A DNA stretch of 64,000 nucleotides from Synergistales bacterium. Its GTDB lineage: Bacteria; Synergistota; Synergistia; Synergistales; JAFGMB01. The stretch is taken from positions 1,776,752-1,840,751 of the forward strand of contig OY762654.1 of assembly GCA_963666205.1 (NCBI GenBank). The letters are read 5' to 3'. The position numbers were made by a program, and so were the translations under genes. The notes under the pieces were generated by a model, which was not told the origin of the DNA, searched no databases, and saw only the letters and a list, made by a program, of their open reading frames with translations. The first letter of the stretch is position 1; each line of letters begins with the position of its first letter. Below, one piece after another: positions 35,520 through 44,148 of the stretch.

Positions 35520-36410
35520 TTAATCGACAAATTTGGGGAGAAATTCCTTTTCCAGTTCTCTGAATTGAGGGAACCCCACAAGATCCTTAAAATCTGAGAA
35601 TGGAACTACGAGGTCTGTCCTCTCAGGAGCTATTTTATCTCCTTTTATTACTTCCAGATAGTTGATCATTCCCTGTACAGCTGCAAAGAGTGGTCCCACT
35701 GGCAAGCTTATTCGGGCCACTCCCATCTCGCGAAGTTTTTCTATGGCAATTAGTGGGGTTTTACCTCCTACCACAGCATCCATAAGATTGATACTTACAG
35801 GGGCATTTATTCCCTTGACTATTTCATTTATCTGTTTAGGGGAGCGGGGAGCTTCTACAAAAATAAGATCTGCCCCTGCTTCTGCATATGCGTTCCCCCT
35901 CCGGATAGCTTCATCAACTCCTGACACAGCTATAGCATCAGTCCTTGCATTGATTACAAAGTCCGGATCTAAATTTTTCTTTACGGATTTGCAGGCTTTT
36001 ATCTTGAGGACCATTTCATCAAGAGAGACTATCTGTTTTCCTTCAAGGTGCCCACATCGTTTAGGAAAAAACTGGTCCTCAATATTCATTCCCGCTGCAC
36101 CCGCCCTGATAAGCTTTTCTGTTACATATCTCGCATTGATGGCATTGCCGAATCCAGTGTCAGCATCAGCCATTACCGGAATATTCACTGCATCGATGAT
36201 ATTTCTTGTAAATTCCAGCATCTCACTGAAACTCAAAAAAGCCATGTCAGGCATTCCAAGATAGGTTGCAGCAAGGCCAAAACCACTGACTTGAAGGGCT
36301 TTAAAACCTGCTTTTTCTATCAATTTGGCGGAGAGGGCATCCTGTGCTCCAGGACAAACAAGGGCCTGTTTATCCAGGAGCATGTTTTTCAATTGCGTTG
36401 TTTTTCTCAT
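35520..36410 (-). CDS. isocitrate lyase / PEP mutase family C-C lyase (methylisocitrate lyase / dimethylmalate lyase-like)
   Basis: 296 aa. ADADTGFGN, NIEDQ and the family signature KRCGH. Confidence 0.85.
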   Translation of the reverse strand: MRKTTQLKNMLLDKQALVCPGAQDALSAKLIEKAGFKALQVSGFGLAATYLGMPDMAFLSFSEMLEFTRNIIDAVNIPVMADADTGFGNAINARYVTEKLIRAGAAGMNIEDQFFPKRCGHLEGKQIVSLDEMVLKIKACKSVKKNLDPDFVINARTDAIAVSGVDEAIRRGNAYAEAGADLIFVEAPRSPKQINEIVKGINAPVSINLMDAVVGGKTPLIAIEKLREMGVARISLPVGPLFAAVQGMINYLEVIKGDKIAPERTDLVVPFSDFKDLVGFPQFRELEKEFLPKFVD

Positions 36411-36481
36411 CCGTTTCCTCCTGTTTATATTGACCGTGATGTATGGTTTTAAGGTTTAATCCGAGTTTCTGTAATCATAAT

Positions 36482-36982
36482 TTATAGTGAATTTCCATAG
36501 CCCTTTCTCTTTCTAAGAAAGCCCACGAGGCCACCTTCTTTAAGGATATCAATCATAACGTTGGGCATGGATTCTACTCTTGTTTCAGTTCCCTTTGTAA
36601 TATTGAAAAGGGTTCCTGACTCTACATTGTATTCCAGTTCATCCTCATCTGATATGGCAGAAGTATCACATTCCACAATAGACAGTCCAACATTTATTGC
36701 GTTCCTGAAAAATATTCTGCCGAAGGAAGAGGCTACAATGCAGCCGACGCCTGCGTTCTTTAGCGCGAGAGGGGCCTGTTCTCTTGACGAACCGCACCCG
36801 AAATTTTCTCCCCCTACAACAAAATCACCTTTACTTAGTCTGCTATGAAAATCAGGGTCCAGATCTTCCATGGCATGTTCGGCTAGAATGGACATGTTTA
36901 GAGTTTTTGTATATTTGCCGGCAATAATAAGGTCTGTATTGATATCATCACCGTATTTCAGAGCTTTCCCATATAGTTTCAT
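36482..36982 (-). CDS. aconitase-family hydratase small subunit (LeuD-like)
   Basis: 166 aa. GENFGCGSSREQAPLALK motif. A 2-nt gap separates it from the large subunit. Confidence 0.85.
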   Translation of the reverse strand: MKLYGKALKYGDDINTDLIIAGKYTKTLNMSILAEHAMEDLDPDFHSRLSKGDFVVGGENFGCGSSREQAPLALKNAGVGCIVASSFGRIFFRNAINVGLSIVECDTSAISDEDELEYNVESGTLFNITKGTETRVESMPNVMIDILKEGGLVGFLRKRKGYGNSL

Positions 36983-36984
36983 TT

Positions 36985-38211
36985 TTAGGCCTCCATCTTG
37001 CGGGGATCAGTAATTTTCCCTGTCAGGGAACTTGCTGCTGCTGTAGCCGGAGAGGCAAGATATATACAGGCTTTATTATTTCCCATCCTTCCCTTGAAGT
37101 TTCTGTTCGTTGTTGAGAGAACATTTTCATTGTCTCCAGGAATTCCATTATGTGTACCAACGCAGGCTCCACAGCCTATAGGAGCCAGGGTTGCACCGGC
37201 ATTGAGAAGAGTGGAAATGATTCCTTCTTCAATGGCCTGTAACAATATTTTTTTTGAAGCTGGAGCGACCAGAAACCTTACAGAGGGGTGGATTTTCCTA
37301 CCCTCAAGGATTTTTGCCGCAATCCTGAGATCATCGACCCGGGCATTTGTACAGCTTCCCAGGAATATCTGTTGGATTGGAATCCCTTCAACCTCAGGAA
37401 TTGAACAAACATTATCTACCGTATGGGGTTTTGCTACCATAGGGGAAAGTTTTGAGAGATCAACTTCCACATATCTCTCTATCACAGCTCCGGCATCTGA
37501 TTGAAGGCCTGTCGAGGAATCACAGATAACACCGCATTTCGCTCCCATCTCTACCACCATATTGCAAATGGTCATTTTTTCAGAAAGAGAGATCGCTTCA
37601 AGGAAGTCTCCATGAAATTCTATAGCTTTATATACAGCACCCTGTGCACCTAAAGTTCCGACTATTGAAAGAATAAGGTCTTTGGCAAAGACTCCATCTG
37701 GTAGATTTCCATTGAGGTTTATCTTGATAGTCTGTGGAATCCTGAACCATGATTTACCTGTAAACATGGCTGCAGCGAGATCAGTTGAACCGACACCAAT
37801 GGAGATAGTCCCGACTGCTCCATAGGTACATGTATGGGAATCAGCACCAAGGACAAGATCTCCTGCTTTAACGTACTCATTTTCTATAATAAGTTGGTGA
37901 CATATCCCTTCCCCAATGTCATGAAACAGGCATGCCTGTTTCATGGAGAATTCCCGAATGAGACTGTGCAGGTTGGCAATATTCTGATTCGGAGCGGGGG
38001 TGGCATGGTCAAGAATAAACACAGTGCCTCGGGGTTTTGCGATATAGAGACCTCCCATTTCTTCGAAAGCCTTGATCGCAAGAGGGCCTGTAGTGTCAGA
38101 AGCCATAACAAGATCAACATCACATATGTGGTATGACCCCGACCTGGCGAGGGATCCTGAGTGTTTAGAAAAAACCTGTTCAGTTATTGTAAGGGGAGTA
38201 ACCTTGTTCAT
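36985..38211 (-). CDS. aconitase-family hydratase large subunit (LeuC/homoaconitase-like)
   Basis: 408 aa. GADSHTCTYGA, GSCTNARVDDL and GCGACVG (Fe-S cysteine ligands). Confidence 0.85.
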   Translation of the reverse strand: MNKVTPLTITEQVFSKHSGSLARSGSYHICDVDLVMASDTTGPLAIKAFEEMGGLYIAKPRGTVFILDHATPAPNQNIANLHSLIREFSMKQACLFHDIGEGICHQLIIENEYVKAGDLVLGADSHTCTYGAVGTISIGVGSTDLAAAMFTGKSWFRIPQTIKINLNGNLPDGVFAKDLILSIVGTLGAQGAVYKAIEFHGDFLEAISLSEKMTICNMVVEMGAKCGVICDSSTGLQSDAGAVIERYVEVDLSKLSPMVAKPHTVDNVCSIPEVEGIPIQQIFLGSCTNARVDDLRIAAKILEGRKIHPSVRFLVAPASKKILLQAIEEGIISTLLNAGATLAPIGCGACVGTHNGIPGDNENVLSTTNRNFKGRMGNNKACIYLASPATAAASSLTGKITDPRKMEA

Positions 38212-38972
38212 TTGTTCCCATCCTTGTAACCAAGGGATCTTGATATATCTCCGGTTGCTTTAAGAATGAGATCAACAAATTGATTGACACGTTCAGGGGT
38301 AAATCTTATTGTTGCTCCTGAGATGGTTAATCCTGCAACTACAGTTCCATCCCACCTTCTGATAGGGGCAGATACGGTTGAGGCCCCAGGTATTCTTTCA
38401 CCATGTGAAACAGCAAAACCTTTTTTTATGATTTCGTCCAACTGCTTGTTTATTTCAATCATAGTCTGGTCTAACTCTCCCAGATTGTCTTTAATTATTT
38501 TATGAGCGTCCTCTCTATTCATATATGCGAGCAGAAGCTTTCCGGATGCAGCCGAATATAAGGGGAGTCTTTTCCCTATTGTTGCAGAATATCTCAAGGT
38601 ATGAGAGCTGTCGATCTTATCTATGCAGAGCCTGGAACCTTCCATCACAATATTGATCTCTATGGTTTCCTGGGTAAGCATTGATAGTTCTTCCATGACT
38701 GGTCTGGATACTTCCCGGAGTCTTAGTTTGGATTCAGCAACCTTCCCAAGCTGGAAAAGAGCCATACCTAGAGAATATTCCTGTGTGGCCTGATCTCGTT
38801 GGAGGAAGGCTTGATCATGTAGAGATGCTACAAGTCGGATAATTGTTGTTTTTGGTAATTTTACAGATTCAACTATTTCAGAAAGCTGCATCTGAGGTTT
38901 ATCAAAACTGAAACACTTAAGGATGCTTAAAGCTCTTTCGACAGATCTTACCGGGTTATGAGAGTTTTTCAT
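38208..38972 (-). CDS. IclR family transcriptional regulator
   Basis: 254 aa. N-terminal HTH (SVERALSILKCF..MQLSEIVESVKLPKTTIIRLVASL) and a C-terminal IclR effector domain. It overlaps the hydratase gene by 4 nt. Confidence 0.85.
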   Translation of the reverse strand: MKNSHNPVRSVERALSILKCFSFDKPQMQLSEIVESVKLPKTTIIRLVASLHDQAFLQRDQATQEYSLGMALFQLGKVAESKLRLREVSRPVMEELSMLTQETIEINIVMEGSRLCIDKIDSSHTLRYSATIGKRLPLYSAASGKLLLAYMNREDAHKIIKDNLGELDQTMIEINKQLDEIIKKGFAVSHGERIPGASTVSAPIRRWDGTVVAGLTISGATIRFTPERVNQFVDLILKATGDISRSLGYKDGNK

Positions 38973-38995
38973 TTTATATCTCCTCTCTGAGTTAA

Positions 38996-39008
38996 GTCCA
39001 TTAAATGG
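38996..39008. promoter_or_regulatory. GTCCAT-type half-palindrome near the iclR start
   Basis: GTCCATTAAATGG contains CCATT-A-AATGG and shares the GTCCAT half-site with 39171-39185. It lies 24 nt upstream of the IclR start codon. Confidence 0.35.
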
Positions 39009-39170
39009 TTTTAAATACCATAATAATAGTTAGATTATAGGTATGTTCCAGGGCATTTGTCAAATAGATAGGATTGTAATATTGCTAACATATAGATTTA
39101 AAAAGTGCAAACTTGACAAAAACGCTATGCCATAGGATATTATACCCATGGTCTATAGAACGGGAACAAA

Positions 39171-39185
39171 GTCCATCTAATGGAC
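39171..39185. promoter_or_regulatory. perfect palindrome, candidate IclR operator
   Basis: GTCCAT-CTA-ATGGAC lies in the divergent iclR/tctC intergenic region, downstream of TTGACA at 39113-39118. Confidence 0.45.
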
Positions 39186-39280
39186 CTAATCCACTTGTAA
39201 CAAAATTCATCTTGATTTGAGATAAGTTATTAAGGAATGAGAAACATAAAATTAAAGTATGTCAGGGAGGTAAGTGAAAT

Positions 39281-40216
39281 ATGAGGAAAAGTATTTTGGC
39301 GTTCTTGATGATGTCTTTGGCTATTGTGGTTATCTTTCCTCTAACGTCAGGAGCGGCTCCGTTTCCAGAGAAGGAGATAAATTTTATCGTAGCGTATAAT
39401 CCTGGTGGGGGTTCTGATACGACTGCAAGAATTTTTGCGAAGTTTGCTAACAAATATCTTGCTAAACCCATCATAATTGTCAATTATCCTGGCGGTGGTG
39501 GTTCCATAGGTCAGCAGAGGGGTGCTCTTGCCGAGCCCGACGGATATACCCTAACCCTTATTACTACGTCTCTTACTATTCATCCTTTAACAAAGAAGCT
39601 TCAGTATGATTATTCTTCATTCAAGCCTGTAGTACAGTTAACGAATGTCCCGGACATTCTCATGGTAAGAGGTAATGACGAGGATCTAAATTCTGCTGAA
39701 AAATTCCTTGCATATGCCAAAGAAAAACCTAATGCCATAACTGTATCTACTTCCGGCGTAGGAGCCACAGATCATTTTACTGCCCAGGTACTTCAGGAGG
39801 AGGCTGATATTAAACTTACTCTTGTTCCATACGGTGCAGATGCAAAGGTGGGTCTTCTTGGCGGACATGTCAGTGCTGCAGTGGGGGGTCCCGAGGATGT
39901 CTTTGATCTTCCCGATCTGAAGGCCATACTTGTTTTTGCTGAGGAGAGGCTCGATACTCTTCCTGATGTTCCCACTGCCAGGGAATTGGGGATAAAATGG
40001 GAAAGCTCAGTATGGAGAGGAATTGCTGTTCCCAAGGATACTAATGCTGAAGTAATTGAATATCTTGGGAAAATATGTAAACAGACAATGGATGATCCTG
40101 AGTATCAGAAAACGATGGCCGATCTTGGACTAGGTTTCCAATATCTCGATGGGCCTTCTTTTGCGAATAAAATAAAGAATCAGGCTGACACTTACAAGCG
40201 CCTTATGGGCAAGTAG
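39281..40216 (+). CDS. tctC: tripartite tricarboxylate transporter substrate-binding protein (Bug/TctC family)
   Basis: 311 aa. Signal peptide and the NYPGGGGSIGQ and GGSDTTARIF motifs. GGGAGG RBS. Confidence 0.85.
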   Translation: MRKSILAFLMMSLAIVVIFPLTSGAAPFPEKEINFIVAYNPGGGSDTTARIFAKFANKYLAKPIIIVNYPGGGGSIGQQRGALAEPDGYTLTLITTSLTIHPLTKKLQYDYSSFKPVVQLTNVPDILMVRGNDEDLNSAEKFLAYAKEKPNAITVSTSGVGATDHFTAQVLQEEADIKLTLVPYGADAKVGLLGGHVSAAVGGPEDVFDLPDLKAILVFAEERLDTLPDVPTARELGIKWESSVWRGIAVPKDTNAEVIEYLGKICKQTMDDPEYQKTMADLGLGFQYLDGPSFANKIKNQADTYKRLMGK

Positions 40217-40240
40217 TCGTAGCAATATTATGAAAACATG

Positions 40241-40278
40241 GGTTGGCGAAGGTCAAGTAAACTTTGCCAACCTTTTTT
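40241..40278 (+). terminator. intra-operon hairpin/attenuator between tctC and tctB
   Basis: GGTTGGC (40241-40247) pairs with GCCAACC (40266-40272), followed by TTTTTT. Confidence 0.5.
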
Positions 40279-40306
40279 CTAGAAAGCGAGGAAGATCTAA
40301 AATATT

Positions 40307-40750
40307 ATGTTACGTAAAAATGGAGAATTAATAATATATGGAGTTTGTGTCATTCTTTGCGTATTTTTTCTTTTTGTTATCAAAGATCTTCCGGCAACGG
40401 CACGAAACTTTCCTCAATTCAGTTTAATATCCCTGATTGTTGTAGCCGGTTTGGGTTTTATCAAAACATTACTGTCTCTGCAAAAATCTGATAAAGAGAA
40501 GGCAGCTGCGGATTGTGGAGGAGAAAGGAAATTCCTATTTACCCTTCTATTATCAGTTCTTTTTGTTTTTTCAATGAAATATCTTGGGTTTTATACAGCA
40601 TCTTTACTGTACCTTACATCACTTATGTATCTCTTAAATATCAGGAAGATCAAGGTTGTCTTAATGGCGAACATTGTGTTTCTTACAGGGATTTACCTGG
40701 TATTTTCTCTTTTTCTCAACGTTCCTGTTGAGAAAGGGATATTTTTTTAA
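40307..40750 (+). CDS. tctB: tripartite tricarboxylate transporter small membrane subunit (TctB family)
   Basis: 147 aa with four hydrophobic helices. It sits between tctC and tctA. Confidence 0.75.
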   Translation: MLRKNGELIIYGVCVILCVFFLFVIKDLPATARNFPQFSLISLIVVAGLGFIKTLLSLQKSDKEKAAADCGGERKFLFTLLLSVLFVFSMKYLGFYTASLLYLTSLMYLLNIRKIKVVLMANIVFLTGIYLVFSLFLNVPVEKGIFF

Positions 40751-40765
40751 GAGTCACAGGAGGAA

Positions 40766-42247
40766 ATGATATTGAGTATTCTTTCAGCTTTTGCTACTGC
40801 TTTTTCCTTTTGGGGTCTTGTTGCGTCTTTTGGTGGAGTTTTTGGTGGTATTGTCATAGGTTCACTCCCGGGCTTATCAGCTACAATGGCAGTAGCTCTC
40901 CTGATACCGGTTACCTTTGCCATGTCTCCAGGCATAGCTCTTATCCTTCTTGTAGGGATTTACTGTGGTTCTGTTTATGGTTCGTCCATTTCTGCCATTC
41001 TTATAGGTGTTCCAGGAACACCTTCGGCTGCGGCTACCTGGATGGATGGTTATCCCATGACAAAGAACGGCGAGGCATCAAAGGCACTGGGTGGTTCAAT
41101 TATAGGATCTTTTATTGGGGGTATCTTCAGTGCTTTCGCTCTAGCTCTCCTTGCCCCTGTCCTGGCCAAAGTTGCCCTTAAGTTCGGGCCTCCTGAATAT
41201 TTCTCTTTGGCCATTTTCGGACTTTCAATAATAGTCAGTCTGGTTTCCAAATCTTTCCTCAAAGGCCTAGTGTCTGCTTTACTTGGTCTAATCCTTGCAT
41301 CAGTCGGGATGGATCCGATCTTGGGAGAGGTCCGAATGACCTTTGATAGCATAAACTTAATGAGTGGTATACCCTTTGCCTGTGCAATAATTGGTATTTT
41401 CGGTTTTTCTCAAGTTCTCCAGCTCTGTCAACAGAATATCATTGCAGAATCATCAGAAAATGATATTTCAGATAGAAGGCTTCCCAACCTGAAAGAAATA
41501 TTCAAATTCACCCCAACTATTATCAGATCTTCTATTATTGGCACTATTATTGGAATAATACCAGGTGCTGGAACAAGTATGGCTTCTTTTATAGCCTATA
41601 ACGAAGCTAAACGTTTTTCAAAGAACAGAGAAAAATTTGGCACAGGGTATCTGGAAGGAGTAATTGCGCCAGATACAGCAAATAATGCTGTAACAGGTGG
41701 ATCAATGGTTCCTATGCTTGCTTTAGGTGTTCCCGGGAACGGCGTTTCAGCCATTTTCATTGGAGCCCTTATGATCCATGGAATAGCCCCAGGTCCATTA
41801 CTTTTTAAAAATCATGCGGACCTTGTCAATACAATCTTTCTTGGTTTTTTTGTAGCAAATTTCTTCATGCTCATAATTGGGTTGCTGGTCGCTAAATATA
41901 TGTCCAGGGTTACTCTTATCCCGACGGGTATTCTTACTCCGATGATATGTGTACTTTGTGTCATAGGATCCTATGCCATCCGTAATAATCTTTTTGATGT
42001 ATGGGTAATGCTTTTCTTTGGATTGGGAAGCTATTTCCTTTCAAAGTTTAAATTTTCTCTCATACCCTTTGTTTTGGCCTTGATATTAGCTCCCATTGCT
42101 GAAAAATCATTCTACCAGTCTCTTCTTATTTCTCAGGGTAGTTATTCAATCTTTTTCACCAAGCCCATAAGTCTTGTCCTGATTGTACTGGCAGTCCTTT
42201 CTGTTGTAATACCACTTTTCAAAAAAGGACTTAAAGAACAGGAATAA
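40766..42247 (+). CDS. tctA: tripartite tricarboxylate transporter large permease (TctA family)
   Basis: 493 aa polytopic protein. GSLPGLSATMAVALLIP and IIPGAGTSMASFIAYNEAKR motifs. AGGAGGA RBS. Confidence 0.85.
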   Translation: MILSILSAFATAFSFWGLVASFGGVFGGIVIGSLPGLSATMAVALLIPVTFAMSPGIALILLVGIYCGSVYGSSISAILIGVPGTPSAAATWMDGYPMTKNGEASKALGGSIIGSFIGGIFSAFALALLAPVLAKVALKFGPPEYFSLAIFGLSIIVSLVSKSFLKGLVSALLGLILASVGMDPILGEVRMTFDSINLMSGIPFACAIIGIFGFSQVLQLCQQNIIAESSENDISDRRLPNLKEIFKFTPTIIRSSIIGTIIGIIPGAGTSMASFIAYNEAKRFSKNREKFGTGYLEGVIAPDTANNAVTGGSMVPMLALGVPGNGVSAIFIGALMIHGIAPGPLLFKNHADLVNTIFLGFFVANFFMLIIGLLVAKYMSRVTLIPTGILTPMICVLCVIGSYAIRNNLFDVWVMLFFGLGSYFLSKFKFSLIPFVLALILAPIAEKSFYQSLLISQGSYSIFFTKPISLVLIVLAVLSVVIPLFKKGLKEQE

Positions 42248-42283
42248 ACAATATCTGAATGCAGCCCGAAAGGTAGGGATCAA

Positions 42284-43546
42284 ATGGGTAAGACCTTTGC
42301 GGAAAAAGTTTTGGGAAATGCAGCGGGAAAAGATGTTGAACCAGGTGAGATAGTAAATGTCTACCCTCACTTTTGCATGAGTCATGACAATGCTGCTGCT
42401 GTAAGAAAAATATTCAGCAGGATAAATACTGCAAAAGTCTGGGACCCTGAGAGGCTAGTATTTATCCTGGATCATGCCATACCTGCACCAAGTGACAAAC
42501 ATGCATTGAACCACCAACAGATCAGAGAATTTGTAATGCAACAGAATCTTGTCCATTTCTATGATGTTACCAGTGAGGGTGGAGTATGCCATCAGGTGAT
42601 GTGTGAAGAAGGGTATGCTCTTCCGGGGTTGATAAATGTGGGAACTGATAGTCATACTTGTACCCATGGTGCCTTTGGGACATTTTCTACCGGAATTGGC
42701 AGAACTGAAATGGCAGCAGTCTGGGCAACAGGGCATATATGGTTCAGAGTGCCAGAATCGATCAAGATAATTCTTGAAGGATCTTTTGCTCCAGGGGTAG
42801 TGGTTAAAGATCTTATTCTCCGGATCATTGGTGATATAAAAGCTGATGGAGCCGATTATCGTTCTCTGGAGTTCCATGGTTCTGCCGTAGAAAAGATGAG
42901 CCTTGCAGAGAGAATGACCCTGTGCAATATGGGTATCGAAATGGGTGCCAAAAATGCTGCTTGTCCTCCAGATAAAAAGGTTCTAACACATATAGAAATA
43001 TGTGCCAAGAGGAATGACTGGAAGGTTCTTTGGGCGGATGACAATGCAAAATATGCCCGAATACTTAATTATGATCTTGGAACAGTCGAACCAGGGGTAG
43101 CTAAACCCCATACGGTAGATAATTACTCTCAAGTTTCTGTGTTGTTTGGAACTCCAATCCACCAGGCATTCATAGGAACCTGTACCAACGGTAGATTCGA
43201 AGATCTTTACGCTGCTGCTCAGATCCTTAAAGGTCAGAGAGTATCAGTAAGAACTATCGTTATACCTGCCTCATGGAAGGTATACAGAAAAGCTATGAAG
43301 GAAGGGCTCCTTGACATATTCCTGGATTCAGGTTGTGTTATCGCAAATCCCGGATGTGGGCCCTGCCTAGGAAATCATGAAGGAGTATTGGCTCCTGGAG
43401 AGGTATGTGTATCTACTGCCAATCGCAATTTCAGAGGTCGAATGGGCAACAGAGACAGCTATATATACCTGGCAAGTCCGTTAACTGTAGCCGCGTCTGC
43501 ACTGAAGGGAGAAATTGCTGACCCAAGAGAGGTGCATAAGGGATGA
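42284..43546 (+). CDS. aconitase-family hydratase large subunit (second LeuC-like paralogue)
   Basis: 420 aa. GTDSHTCTHGAFG, GTCTNGRFEDL and GCGPCLG. Confidence 0.85.
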   Translation: MGKTFAEKVLGNAAGKDVEPGEIVNVYPHFCMSHDNAAAVRKIFSRINTAKVWDPERLVFILDHAIPAPSDKHALNHQQIREFVMQQNLVHFYDVTSEGGVCHQVMCEEGYALPGLINVGTDSHTCTHGAFGTFSTGIGRTEMAAVWATGHIWFRVPESIKIILEGSFAPGVVVKDLILRIIGDIKADGADYRSLEFHGSAVEKMSLAERMTLCNMGIEMGAKNAACPPDKKVLTHIEICAKRNDWKVLWADDNAKYARILNYDLGTVEPGVAKPHTVDNYSQVSVLFGTPIHQAFIGTCTNGRFEDLYAAAQILKGQRVSVRTIVIPASWKVYRKAMKEGLLDIFLDSGCVIANPGCGPCLGNHEGVLAPGEVCVSTANRNFRGRMGNRDSYIYLASPLTVAASALKGEIADPREVHKG

Positions 43547-44037
43547 ATATAACCGGTAAGGTGTGGAAATATGGTGACAATGTAGATACTGACGTGATTT
43601 TTCCCGGGAAATATACGTATACAATTACCGATGAAAAGGAAATGGGAAAACATGCACTTGAAGACCTTGATCCTGACTTTGTTTCCAATGTGCAGCCCGG
43701 AGATATTATTGTTGGAGGGAGAAACTGGGGGTGCGGATCTTCCAGACAGCAAGCCGTAACTTGTTTAAAAGTGAATGGGATTGCTGCTATTGTTGTTAAG
43801 GGAGTTTCCAGAATCCATTACAGGAACGCTATCAATGAAGCTCTTCCTGTCATAGTCTGTCCTGAAGCTGTAGATTCTATAGAGCAGGGAGATACTATTA
43901 GTATCGATCTTTCTAACGGAAAAGTCTACACGAGAAAAGGTGAATTTTCATTTAAACCCTTTCCTCCTGTAATTACTGGTCTTATTGAAAGTGGCGGACT
44001 CATCCCTTTTGTTAATGAGAACCTTGGTAAAAGATAG
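43543..44037 (+). CDS. aconitase-family hydratase small subunit (second LeuD-like paralogue)
   Basis: 164 aa. GRNWGCGSSRQQAVTCLK. A 4-nt overlap (ATGA) with the large subunit. Confidence 0.85.
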   Translation: MNITGKVWKYGDNVDTDVIFPGKYTYTITDEKEMGKHALEDLDPDFVSNVQPGDIIVGGRNWGCGSSRQQAVTCLKVNGIAAIVVKGVSRIHYRNAINEALPVIVCPEAVDSIEQGDTISIDLSNGKVYTRKGEFSFKPFPPVITGLIESGGLIPFVNENLGKR

Positions 44038-44070
44038 ATTAAGAATTCTATATCATCCTGGCGATTGAAT

Positions 44071-44108
44071 AAAGAAGGGCGAAGCCTGTAACTGCTTCGC
44101 CCTTCTTT
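44071..44108. terminator. bidirectional terminator between convergent operons
   Basis: AAAGAAGGGCGAAGC (44071-44085) pairs perfectly (15 bp) with GCTTCGCCCTTCTTT (44094-44108). Confidence 0.75.
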
Positions 44109-44148
44109 ATTCTGTAGTTTCTGTCTTCAATTATTTGAAACATAAATA

